Below are positions 29,604-37,988 of a stretch of 38,563 nt of DNA, in pieces. This stretch comes from Candidatus Omnitrophica bacterium CG11_big_fil_rev_8_21_14_0_20_63_9 (lineage in GTDB: Bacteria; Omnitrophota; Gorgyraeia; Aquiviventales; Aquiviventaceae), in the NCBI GenBank assembly GCA_002796105.1, contig PCVX01000052.1, forward strand, positions 1 to 38,563. The letters are read 5' to 3'. The notes under the pieces are model-generated. The model was not told where the DNA came from, searched no databases, and saw only the letters and a list, made by a program, of their open reading frames with translations. How positions within the stretch are numbered: position 1 is the stretch's first letter; each line of letters begins with the position of its first letter. The translations under genes were made by a program, and so were the position numbers.

Positions 29604-31177
29604 ATAGAGTCTGGGGCGGGGGGCGGGAGACAAGGGGCAGGGGAAAGCCGGTATGGTTTTCCAGCACCCTGGGTTTTTTTGTCTTCTCCTCAATAGTATT
29701 TGGATTCCCTCGCCCCTCGCCCCTCGCCCCTCGCCCCCTGCTTGCCGAGGCAGCGGTGAGCGAGAGCGGCGACAAGCAGGTCGAAACGGCGTCGGTCAAT
29801 TCCGGCGGAGGGGCCACAACTTCTTCCAACCTCCGCCAGCAAAGCTCGATCGGCGATTCGATGAGCACCGCGCGAGTGTCCAGCTCGCGGTTCCGGATCG
29901 CCCCGGGGTTCGTCGGCGCTTCGCTCTCCTCAGCCGGCGGCCAGCCGCTCAGCGAGCTGAATATCCAGGTCCTCTACGCGAAAACCGAGGCGCTGGGCGT
30001 TTCGATCGCGCCCCAGACATGGCAGCGCGACCGTGATCCGGTCTTTTTCTGGGAAGCTCCGCCGAGCGCGACCAGTGTGGCCGGGTACAGCTATGCGATC
30101 GACGCCGCGCCGGATGACACGGTGGACACCACCGGTACGTCGTTTGACGTCGCCACGAGCCCGCTGACGTCGCTGCCCGACGGCGTGCATCGCTTCACCG
30201 TCAAGGCCATCAACACCGCCGGCAGCGTGGGCAACCCCGCCTCGTTCGACATCTGGGTGGACACGACCGCCCCTGTGATCGCCAGCGCGACGCCAGCCGC
30301 CGGCAGCCTCCTCAACACCGCCACCCCCACGATCGCCGCGGTGATCACCGATGCCCACAGCGGCGTGAGCGCCTCGACGATCGAGCTGCTCATCGATAAC
30401 GCCGCCCTGTCGGTGCAGTTCATCCCGGCGACCGGTGCGATGAGCGCGACCGCGCCGGCGCTCATCGACGGCTCGCATGTCGTCAAGCTCCGGGCGACCG
30501 ATACGGCAGGGAACGTCCAGAACTGGCTGCTGTGGAGCCTGACGACCGATACTATCGCGCCCGCCGGCAGCGTGGTGATCAATGGCGGGGCTGAGGAAAC
30601 CACCAGCAGCTACGTGACGTTGACGCTCAGCGCCTCCGACATCAGCTCGGGGGTGGATCGTGTGCTCATCAGCAACGACCCGTCCGGCAGTTTTGTCGAG
30701 GAGCCGTATATCGTCTTGCGGGATCTGTGGCTGCTGACGCCGGTGCGCGGGCTGCGAACCGTCTATGTGAAGTTCGAGGACGAGGCGGGCAACATGTCGG
30801 CGCCGGTGAGCGATGAGATCTACCTCAACTTGCTCGCCCCCGAGACGCTCATCACCAGCGGTCCGGCCGGATTTGCTCCCAGCCAAACAGCCACATTTAC
30901 CTTCATGTGCCCTGAGGGCACGTGCCTGTTCTCGTACGCGTTCGACACACAGGCGTGGTCTTCCTGGAGCTCCAGCGCGACCGCGACCGCTTCCGGACTG
31001 ACCTATGGGAACCATTTCTTCCGCGTCAAAGCCGCGCAAGACGTCAACGGCATCCCGGGTATCCAGCCCGATGAAGAAGACCCGACGCCGGCTGAGCGGG
31101 CGTGGGTCGTCGGCGTGCAGCCGAGCCTATTGTCGGTCCCTCGGGGTCCTCCGATCAAACTGTGGCGTTTGGAGTAG
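29600..31177 (+). CDS. Secreted or anchored protein with tandem bacterial Ig-like domains
   Basis: It overlaps the upstream gene by ATGA. The N-terminal basic segment is followed by the hydrophobic FSSTLGFFVFSSIVFGF. Repeated DTTAP/DTIAP-delimited ~90-aa beta modules are present (WVDTTAPVIASATPAAGS..., TTDTIAPAGSVVINGG...VDRVLISNDP...VYVKFEDEAGN). Confidence 0.65.
   Translation: MNRVWGGGRETRGRGKPVWFSSTLGFFVFSSIVFGFPRPSPLAPRPLLAEAAVSESGDKQVETASVNSGGGATTSSNLRQQSSIGDSMSTARVSSSRFRIAPGFVGASLSSAGGQPLSELNIQVLYAKTEALGVSIAPQTWQRDRDPVFFWEAPPSATSVAGYSYAIDAAPDDTVDTTGTSFDVATSPLTSLPDGVHRFTVKAINTAGSVGNPASFDIWVDTTAPVIASATPAAGSLLNTATPTIAAVITDAHSGVSASTIELLIDNAALSVQFIPATGAMSATAPALIDGSHVVKLRATDTAGNVQNWLLWSLTTDTIAPAGSVVINGGAEETTSSYVTLTLSASDISSGVDRVLISNDPSGSFVEEPYIVLRDLWLLTPVRGLRTVYVKFEDEAGNMSAPVSDEIYLNLLAPETLITSGPAGFAPSQTATFTFMCPEGTCLFSYAFDTQAWSSWSSSATATASGLTYGNHFFRVKAAQDVNGIPGIQPDEEDPTPAERAWVVGVQPSLLSVPRGPPIKLWRLE
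29613..29734 (+). repeat. G-run tract plus (CCCTCGC)x4 heptamer array forming a long-range purine/pyrimidine complementary pair at the 5' end of the Ig-like CDS
   Basis: GGGGCGGGGGGCGGGAGACAAGGGGCAGGGG lies at 29613-29643. CCCTCGC x4 lies at 29707-29734. GGAGACAA pairs with TTGTCT(T)CTCC between them. It shares GGAGACAAGGG with the element at 7127-7186. Confidence 0.6.
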
Positions 31178-31199
31178 CCGGCGCGCTACAATACCCTTG

Positions 31200-32669
31200 A
31201 TGCCGAGCACTCTTGGGGTCGAGTTGTCCCCTACCGCTCTCCGGGCGGTCGTGCTAGATCACGCCACCCTTGCGGCGTGGCGCCGGGCGCGCGCCGCCAA
31301 TGCCTCCGCTCCCTTGCATCTGGACGGCGCGATCGAGCTGCCGTGCGACACCGCCAATGCCGAGGCGTTGACCAGCGCCCTTTCGCAACTTCGCCGCACG
31401 CTCCGTAGCTCGGGACCGGTCATCCTCGGCCTTCCCACCACCTCCGCCATTGTCTCAACGCTGTCTCCGCTGATCCCCGCGCCCAAACGGGCCGCGCTCG
31501 CCGTGCAATTCGAGCTGCAGCAGCAACTGCCTTTTGAGTTGATGGACGCTGCCTGGCACTATCAACCGCTGGCTCGAACGAATGGGACCGCGTCCGCGCC
31601 TGTGCTGGCGGCGGCGGTGCGCCGCTCGCTGCTGGAAGAGCGGCTGCGCTGCTGCCAGCGGGCCGGTATGGCGGTCAGCGCTGTGTCGCTTGGCGCGCTG
31701 GCGGACCTCAACGTGTGGAAGTTTCTGCACGATGCGCCGTCCGCCGCGATCCTCCACGCGCTCGCGCCGCAGGCCGCGGAATGGATCGTGTGGGCCGAAG
31801 GGCGCGTTCATGTGACGCCGGTCTTCAGCGCGTCCGCGGACGCCTTCAGTCAGGAACTGGCGCTCTCTTGGGAGACGCTGCGCGCCGAGCATCCTCACGC
31901 GACGGTGCATGTCCTTGGTTCCGATGAACTTGCCGGCACGGCCCAGGACATCCTGCGGCGCGCGGAGGCTTCGGTGGAGCGGTTGATCGTGCCGGTCACC
32001 CCGGTGGCCGGCCAGCCCATCGACACGATGACCGCCTTGGGTCTTGCGCTGCAAGGGGCTGGGGCGGCTGCGGTGCCGATAAATCTCGTGGCGCTGCGTC
32101 AGGAAGAGGCGCGTGTGCAGCGCCTTCGCCGGCTGGCGCTGTGGACCAGCGGCATCTGTGGTGCGCTCACCATCGGCTTGCTGCTGGGCGGCATGCTGCA
32201 ATTGCGTCATGAGCGCGTGGTGGTGCTGCAAGCGCTCGAGGAGCGGCAGCGGCGGTATCAAGCGCTGCGCCCGGAAATCCGCTCGGCGCTGCAGGACCAG
32301 GAGCAGCTCGAAGAGCGGCTGCGGCAGCTGGACCAGCTCATCAACGAATCGGCCGGATTGACCCGGCTGCTGGCGCAAGTTGCTGAGGCGCTGCCCCAGA
32401 CGGTGTGGTTGACCAAAATCGAGTGGAGCAAGACGAGTACGCTGCCGGGTGCAGCGCGAGGCGGCCACCTGATCGAAGGTGTGCTTGAAGGCCGGGCGCG
32501 CTCCTTCCAGGATGCCACACAGTTGCTGGAGCGCCTCAAGACCGTACCCGGCATGATGGCGGTGCGTTCAATTTCGGCCACCCCGACCATCGATGCGGCC
32601 ACCGGCAAAGAGTTCATCGCGTTCGCGGTGCAGCTCCAGCAGGCGCTGCAACCCATGACGGACCGATGA
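31200..32669 (+). CDS. PilM-PilN fusion-type pilus/secretion assembly protein
   Basis: The N-terminal actin-like PilM pattern is LGVELSPTALRAVVLD ... ILGLPTTSAIVSTLSPLIPAPKRAALAVQFELQQQLPFEL. It is followed by a TM segment (LALWTSGICGALTIGLLLGGML), a coiled coil and a PilN-like C-terminal domain (VWLTKIEWSK...LEGRARSFQDATQLLERLKTVPGM). Confidence 0.7.
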   Translation: MPSTLGVELSPTALRAVVLDHATLAAWRRARAANASAPLHLDGAIELPCDTANAEALTSALSQLRRTLRSSGPVILGLPTTSAIVSTLSPLIPAPKRAALAVQFELQQQLPFELMDAAWHYQPLARTNGTASAPVLAAAVRRSLLEERLRCCQRAGMAVSAVSLGALADLNVWKFLHDAPSAAILHALAPQAAEWIVWAEGRVHVTPVFSASADAFSQELALSWETLRAEHPHATVHVLGSDELAGTAQDILRRAEASVERLIVPVTPVAGQPIDTMTALGLALQGAGAAAVPINLVALRQEEARVQRLRRLALWTSGICGALTIGLLLGGMLQLRHERVVVLQALEERQRRYQALRPEIRSALQDQEQLEERLRQLDQLINESAGLTRLLAQVAEALPQTVWLTKIEWSKTSTLPGAARGGHLIEGVLEGRARSFQDATQLLERLKTVPGMMAVRSISATPTIDAATGKEFIAFAVQLQQALQPMTDR

Positions 32670-33496
32670 GCGCTTCGCCTCGTTCGCCGACGTGGGTGCC
32701 TGTGGCCGGCGTGGCGGCCGGCGCGCTACTCGCCGCCGCCGGATTGTGGTGGATGAACGTGCGTAGCCTCGATGAACAGATCCGGCGGACGCGCGCGGAC
32801 GTGAAAAAGCTTACCGTCGGCAAGCAGCTGCCGCCCAGCGAGCAGGTCATGGCGTATCTGACGCAGCGGCGGCAGGCGCTGGAGCGACGCTACCAACAGC
32901 GGGCCGATCTCGTCGCGCTCGCCCCGTCGGCGGCGGCCAGCTCGTCAGACCCGCAATTGTTCTATCAAGAGCAATTTCACGAGTTGCAGCGGACCTTGGA
33001 GCGGCTGGCGGCGGCAAAGAGCCTGTCGACGCCCGAGCTGCTGGGCTTTCCGAAAGACGTGCCTCCTCCGGAGACGGTGCCGCGGTTCCTCGCCCAGGTG
33101 GGGCTGATCCGCGAAGCCAGCGCGTTGGTGATCGAGCAGGATCTGGGCACGGTGATCTCCGCGAAAGTCGAGGATCCGGAAACGATCCTCAATGACGAAG
33201 GGACCGCCACGTTCCTGGTGCGCGCACCGGTCCGTCTTCGCTACAGCGGCTCGCTGTCCCAGTTGATGGGGCTGCTCGGCACCTTGGGGCGTTCACGGCC
33301 GCTAGTGGACTTGCAAGCACTGCGCATTACGGCCGGGGCCGCGGTATCGGACCTCTTGGATGTCGAGCTGCGCTTGGCGCGCTACTTGGCGGTCAACACG
33401 CCGCCGCCGACCACCGTGCCGCTTTCGGAAGAGCGCCAGCCGGCCCGCACGGGCACGACCCGGCGCCGGCCCGCATCAGGGGCCCAAACGCCATGA
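32666..33496 (+). CDS. PilO/GspM-like inner-membrane assembly protein
   Basis: It overlaps the upstream gene by ATGA. It has a single TM segment (VAGVAAGALLAAAGLWW) and a coiled coil. The ferredoxin-like C-terminal pattern is FLVRAPVRLRYSGSLSQLMGLLGTLGRSRPLVDLQALRI. Confidence 0.55.
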   Translation: MSASPRSPTWVPVAGVAAGALLAAAGLWWMNVRSLDEQIRRTRADVKKLTVGKQLPPSEQVMAYLTQRRQALERRYQQRADLVALAPSAAASSSDPQLFYQEQFHELQRTLERLAAAKSLSTPELLGFPKDVPPPETVPRFLAQVGLIREASALVIEQDLGTVISAKVEDPETILNDEGTATFLVRAPVRLRYSGSLSQLMGLLGTLGRSRPLVDLQALRITAGAAVSDLLDVELRLARYLAVNTPPPTTVPLSEERQPARTGTTRRRPASGAQTP

Positions 33497-34041
33497 CGTC
33501 CAGCCATCGGTCGACCGAGTCATTGCTGGTGGTGGCGGTATTGCTGGCCTCCACTATGGTCGCGGCCTGGTGGTGGCGCGCCACCTTGGGCCAGCGCAGC
33601 CGCCTGGAATTGCCCCGAGAGCTGTGGGAGCGCGTGAAAGAGGACTATCCGCTTGACGATCAGACCTCGAGCGCCCGCTTGCTGCCGCACGAATTGGCCC
33701 AATTGGTGCTGCGCGCGAGCCCCTTTGATGCGCAGCGGCGCGCCATCACTCCTGCGGTGGCGAATTCGCTGCCTACGGAAGATGCAGGCCAGCTCGTGCC
33801 AGCCGGCCCGGCGTTTGCGTTCAAAGGGCGGATTCAAATCGGCACGCGGCAGCGGGCTGTTCTGGAAGATCGGCGCAGTCATAAGACGCATTTTCTCGAA
33901 GTCGGACAAGAGGTTGCGGGTTTCAAAGTGCTTGACATCGCGTCGGACCGGGTGCTATTATCGGACCCACAAACGAACGCGGAAATTACCGTGTCGCTTA
34001 CCGCGTCTCCAGAGGCTGGTACGAACAATCGCACACCATAG
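33493..34041 (+). CDS. PilP/GspC-like protein (TM anchor plus small beta domain)
   Basis: It overlaps the upstream gene by ATGA. The TM segment is LLVVAVLLASTMVAAWWW. The C-terminus FAFKGRIQIGTRQRAVLEDRRSHKTHFLEVGQEVAGFKVLDIASDRVLL matches the PilP/GspC-HR pattern (G....a.l.......v..Gd.v.g..v..I....v.l). Confidence 0.55.
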   Translation: MTSSHRSTESLLVVAVLLASTMVAAWWWRATLGQRSRLELPRELWERVKEDYPLDDQTSSARLLPHELAQLVLRASPFDAQRRAITPAVANSLPTEDAGQLVPAGPAFAFKGRIQIGTRQRAVLEDRRSHKTHFLEVGQEVAGFKVLDIASDRVLLSDPQTNAEITVSLTASPEAGTNNRTP

Positions 34042-34048
34042 TCAGGTG

Positions 34049-35746
34049 ATGCCATCGATGGGGTGTCCGGAAACCATCAGCCGGACGGCCAGGTCGACCG
34101 CATCACCCTTTTTATTTTTATGTGTTTGGATGCTTGGCGCAACACTCGCGGCGCCATGCAGCGTCGGCGCATCGGTCGCGGCCGATGGATTGCCGGCCAC
34201 GGCGATCCGGCCGGTGTCTTCGCGCGTCCTGCCCAGCGCTCCGCCGCCTGAGGCGCAAGCGGTCGCGGCGATTCTTCAGCGCGTCGTCGAGCTCTACCAC
34301 TCCGCTGCCGGCGCGCAGGACGCGGTGAAGCAGTCGCGCAGCGAGCAGGATGGGCTGAGAACGCAGCTTGCCGCCGTGACGAGCGAGCGGGAAGTGGTCG
34401 GCCGGCAGTTGGCGCAGCTGGAGGAGCAGCTCTCCACGCTGCAGCGGCGCCAACAGCAGCAGGTGGATGTGCTGCGCAAAGAGTTGGAAGCCCGCGTGGA
34501 AGCCGAGTTGCAGCAAACGCACCAGCAGATGGACCAAGAATTGACCCAGGCCTTCACCCGCCAAGTCAGCGCGTTTGAAACCCGCCAGCGGGATACCATT
34601 GAAAAAGCGCTGTCGCAAGACCTGCAGATGAAAGAGCGCGAACTGGAGCAGCTCGCCCGCGAAGTGAAGGTCCAGACCGATGAGCTGCTGGACCGGCTCT
34701 CCCAATTGGACACCGACCCCAACGTGACGACGGCGCTGCAGCGCTCGACGACGGACGCGCTCCAGAAGCGCAAGGCTGAACTTGAAGCGCAGCGCGTGCG
34801 GCTGGGCGCGCAGCGCGACGGCGAGCTCACGAAGCAGCGGACCGAGTTTATCGCCAGCCTGAAGCAGCAACAGCAGCTTGAGCGGCAGCAGCGCCTCACC
34901 ATCAAGGAGGCGAGCTTGCGGCAATCCATGGCCCAGCTGCTGCAGCAGTCGCGCGGCAGCGCTGAGCAAGAGTGGAGCACCGCGCAGGCCTCGCTCGAAG
35001 GGGTGCGCGTACGCGCCGGGCAGATCGCGCAGCAGCAAACCGAATTGACGAAGCGCCTAGAAACGTTCGAGCGGAATGCGACCGCGCAGGCGCACCGCGT
35101 GGACAGCCTGGAAGCCGAGCGCCAAGTCGCCATGGCGCAACTTGAAGAGACGCTGCAGCGCAGCGATTCTGAGCACGGCGATGCGGCGCTGCAATGGTTC
35201 GGCGAGGCGATCCAGCAGTTGCCGCCGGAGATCGCCGGCGACCTCAGCCACCTCCAACAGCGCATGGCGTCCTGGGCGCAGCAAGAACGGGCGCTTCGCC
35301 AGCAGCGCGACGTGCTGCGCCAGCGCCAGCTCGCGCTGCAGATCGCCCACGAAATGGAAGCTCGGTACCGCCAAGCCCAATTGAAGCAACAGCGCGAGGT
35401 CGAGGCCAAAGCGCGCCGCGTAGAAGAGCTGCTGGACCGGGCGACCCAACTGACAGGACGCGGCAAGTTCGACGATGCGCTGCAGTTGATTGGAGAAGCC
35501 CAAGCGCTGAGTCCGGCGGACGGGCAGCGCGTGGCGATGTTGCGGGACGACGTGCTGGCGGCTAAGGGCCAACAGGCGCGTGAAGCGCAGATGGCGCAGC
35601 TCCAGCAAACGTTCTCGAAAGCCATGAAAGCCTTCGAGCAAGGGCGCTACGAGGAATCCATTGCGCTCTTTGAGCAGGTGATTGCGCAAGAGTCTTCGTT
35701 GAACCAGGAAGTGCAAGTCGCTGAGGGAGATGCTCCAACTCCTTAA
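34049..35746 (+). CDS. Exported or anchored long coiled-coil protein with C-terminal TPR-like repeats
   Basis: The hydrophobic N-terminus is FLFLCVWMLGATLAAPCSVGA. About 400 aa of Q/E/R/L-rich heptad sequence follows. The C-terminus has GKFDDALQLIGEAQALSPADGQ and FEQGRYEESIALFEQVIAQES. The antisense 443-aa ORF is an artefact. Confidence 0.6.
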   Translation: MPSMGCPETISRTARSTASPFLFLCVWMLGATLAAPCSVGASVAADGLPATAIRPVSSRVLPSAPPPEAQAVAAILQRVVELYHSAAGAQDAVKQSRSEQDGLRTQLAAVTSEREVVGRQLAQLEEQLSTLQRRQQQQVDVLRKELEARVEAELQQTHQQMDQELTQAFTRQVSAFETRQRDTIEKALSQDLQMKERELEQLAREVKVQTDELLDRLSQLDTDPNVTTALQRSTTDALQKRKAELEAQRVRLGAQRDGELTKQRTEFIASLKQQQQLERQQRLTIKEASLRQSMAQLLQQSRGSAEQEWSTAQASLEGVRVRAGQIAQQQTELTKRLETFERNATAQAHRVDSLEAERQVAMAQLEETLQRSDSEHGDAALQWFGEAIQQLPPEIAGDLSHLQQRMASWAQQERALRQQRDVLRQRQLALQIAHEMEARYRQAQLKQQREVEAKARRVEELLDRATQLTGRGKFDDALQLIGEAQALSPADGQRVAMLRDDVLAAKGQQAREAQMAQLQQTFSKAMKAFEQGRYEESIALFEQVIAQESSLNQEVQVAEGDAPTP

Positions 35747-35747
35747 G

Positions 35748-37988
35748 ATGCGTTCTATCACCACAGAATCACAGAAGCTCACAGAAGCACAGAGAAGGGG
35801 AGTCGTTCGACGATTTCTCTGTGTCTCTGTGATGGTTCTGTATCTCTGTGGTGTGGCAGTACAAGCGGAAGAGCCTGCACCGTCAACCGAGACGCAGCAG
35901 TTGACGCCGATGGCGCAAGAGTTCCTTGCCGCGGCGAAGGCGCGCCTGGAAGCCGAACAGGAGAAAAAACAGGAGCGCGCCTACCAAGCGCAGCGCCGGC
36001 AAGCCCAGCGGCTGGCGATCCAGATGAGTCGCGAGCGATTGCGCGAGCGGCACGCCCAGGAGCAGACCGCGGACCGCCAGGTGCGTTTAGCACGCGAGCG
36101 ACAGTTGAAGACGGTCTATCAGCAAGCGACGTCGCTCTATCAACAGGGCCGCTATGGTGAGGCGATCCGCCTCCTGCAACAATTGGCGCTCATGGATCCC
36201 GGTCATCCGCTCGTGAAGTCTGCAGAGCGGCTCATGGCCCGCGCCGAGCTCAAGCGGTTCGAGCAACAGCTGCAGGCTGAAGCCGCTGCGCCCTCGAACA
36301 CCCGCGGCGCGCGCGTGGCCGAGTTGGAAGATCTGCTGACGCACAAGCGGGTGGAGCTGGAGACGGCGATTAAATTTGCGAGGATTGCCGCCGAAGAGCG
36401 CCGCTACGACACGGCGACCAAGCTGTTGACCGCCGCGCTCGTGCAGGACCCGACGCATGGGGAAGCGCGTCAGCTGCTGGAGCGCGTGCAGCTGCAACAG
36501 CTCAATGAAGAGCATGACCGCGTCGTGCGCCAGGTCGAGCGCGATGAGCGGCAGATGCACAACGACGTCATGAAAGCCCAGCTGCTGCCGGCCGGGTCAG
36601 GGATAGGGCTTGCCGCCCAGCAGATGCTCATGGCGCAGGCGCAAGGAACGATCAACGCCAAGTTGCAGCAGCCGATCAGTTTTGAGTTCAGCGATGTCGC
36701 CCTCGGTGACGTGCTGGATTTCATCGCGGACGCCGGCAACGTCAGCGTGATTCCCTCGCCGCAACTCGATTTGAAACAAAAGCGCGTCTCGCTCAAGATC
36801 ACCGACTTGCCGCTGGAGCAGGCGCTGAAGTATCTGGCCAAGAGCCTCTCGCTCGCGTACCGGGTGGAGCATGATACGATTCTCCTGGCCACGCCTGAGG
36901 AGTTCTCGAACGAACCGATGGAAACCCGCGTCTTCTTCCTGCGCAACGGCCTTGGCCCGTTTGCGCTGGAGACCTCGGCGGTGGCGGCAAACCCGGTCCT
37001 GGCGATGGATCCCATCAAAACGCTGATTCAGCAAACGGTGCCGCAGCCGCCGGACAGCAAGCTGGTCATCGATGAGCGCAGTGGTGCGTTGGTCGTGACG
37101 AATACGAAGGAGCACCTGGCCTTGGTGGAGCGGCTGCTCAGCGAGCTGGATGTGACGCCCGTCCAGGTCCTGATCGAAGCCCGGTTCATTGAGCTGACGA
37201 TGACGGATCTTGAGCAGATGGCATTCGAATCCGTCCTCAATGCGGCGGCGGCGCTTTCCAAAAAAGGGGCCGGGGACGAGACGCAAGGCGCCGGCAACCA
37301 AGTCGCCAGCGGCGGCGGGTTCAAATTCCCCGCGCTCGCTCGCGAGAGCGAAGGCCTCAACTTCACGCTGCAGGGCATCCTCAGCGGCACGCAGTTTGAA
37401 TCGGTGCTGCATTGGCTGAACGAATCGCAGAAAAGCAAGACGCTTTCCGCGCCCCGCGTGACGACGCTCAATAACCAGACCGCAGACATCAAAGTCATCG
37501 AGGAGTTCCGCTATCCCACGCGCTACCAGGTATCGCTCGTGCAGTTTGACACCAACGGCGACGGCGATTTCGACGACGCCGGTGAAACCGAGTTCGTCAA
37601 CGTGCCGCAGGATGTGAAGCAACGCGATGTCGGGATCCTCCTGCACGTGACGCCCAGCGTCGGCAAGGACCTCAACACCATCACGCTGGTGCTCGCGCCC
37701 GAAGTCAGCCAATTCAGCCAATTCCGCGATTTGGGCGGCGGGGTGACGGTGCCGGAGTTCACGTCAAGCCAGCTGACGACGAGCGCGGTGATCGCCGACG
37801 GCCAAACCGTGGTGCTCGGCGGCCTGATGAAGGACACGACCACGACCCAAAACACGCGGGTCCCGGTGCTGGGCGACCTGCCGGTCGTCGGCGGCCTGTT
37901 CCGGCAAACGCGCGAAACCAGCACCCGCAAGAACCTGCTGATCTTCATTACCGCCCGTCTGCTGGCCCCGCGCGGCCAGACGACGTGA
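35748..37988 (+). CDS. Secretin (GspD/PilQ family) with an N-terminal TPR/coiled-coil extension
   Basis: The C-terminal secretin signature is TRVPVLGDLPVVGGLFRQTRETSTRKNLLIFITARLL. The N0/STN-like domain is ISFEFSDVALGDVLDFIADAGNVSVI...LEQALKYLAKSLSLAYRVEHDTILLAT. The TPR-like segment is YQQGRYGEAIRLLQQLALMDPGHP. The start is ambiguous (ATG 35730, 35748 or 35832). The signal-peptide h-region FLCVSVMVLYLCGVAVQA/EE is encoded by the repeat's right arm. Confidence 0.85.
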   Translation: MRSITTESQKLTEAQRRGVVRRFLCVSVMVLYLCGVAVQAEEPAPSTETQQLTPMAQEFLAAAKARLEAEQEKKQERAYQAQRRQAQRLAIQMSRERLRERHAQEQTADRQVRLARERQLKTVYQQATSLYQQGRYGEAIRLLQQLALMDPGHPLVKSAERLMARAELKRFEQQLQAEAAAPSNTRGARVAELEDLLTHKRVELETAIKFARIAAEERRYDTATKLLTAALVQDPTHGEARQLLERVQLQQLNEEHDRVVRQVERDERQMHNDVMKAQLLPAGSGIGLAAQQMLMAQAQGTINAKLQQPISFEFSDVALGDVLDFIADAGNVSVIPSPQLDLKQKRVSLKITDLPLEQALKYLAKSLSLAYRVEHDTILLATPEEFSNEPMETRVFFLRNGLGPFALETSAVAANPVLAMDPIKTLIQQTVPQPPDSKLVIDERSGALVVTNTKEHLALVERLLSELDVTPVQVLIEARFIELTMTDLEQMAFESVLNAAAALSKKGAGDETQGAGNQVASGGGFKFPALARESEGLNFTLQGILSGTQFESVLHWLNESQKSKTLSAPRVTTLNNQTADIKVIEEFRYPTRYQVSLVQFDTNGDGDFDDAGETEFVNVPQDVKQRDVGILLHVTPSVGKDLNTITLVLAPEVSQFSQFRDLGGGVTVPEFTSSQLTTSAVIADGQTVVLGGLMKDTTTTQNTRVPVLGDLPVVGGLFRQTRETSTRKNLLIFITARLLAPRGQTT
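35759..35853 (+). repeat. CACAGAG/CTCTGTG hairpin element, copy 3 of 3
   Basis: The termini are CACCACAGA (35759-35767) and TCTGTGGTG (35845-35853). The left arm has CACAGAA units and the right arm CTCTGTG units, with a ~22-nt loop. It lies inside the annotated 5' end of the secretin CDS. Confidence 0.85.

Noticed and set aside
31005-31199. The N-terminal extension of the PilMN-like ORF (31005..) overlapping the end of the Ig-repeat gene.
   Set aside because: It lies out of frame over a well-supported CDS and is Ser/Arg-rich. The PilM-like homology begins at ATG 31200.
7680-35853. The possibility that the short repeats (CACAGAG units, heptamer arrays) represent a CRISPR array.
   Set aside because: The units are only 7 nt long and directly tandem or inverted, with no 25-40-nt spacers. 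The three ~90-nt elements are kilobases apart. No cas genes are present.
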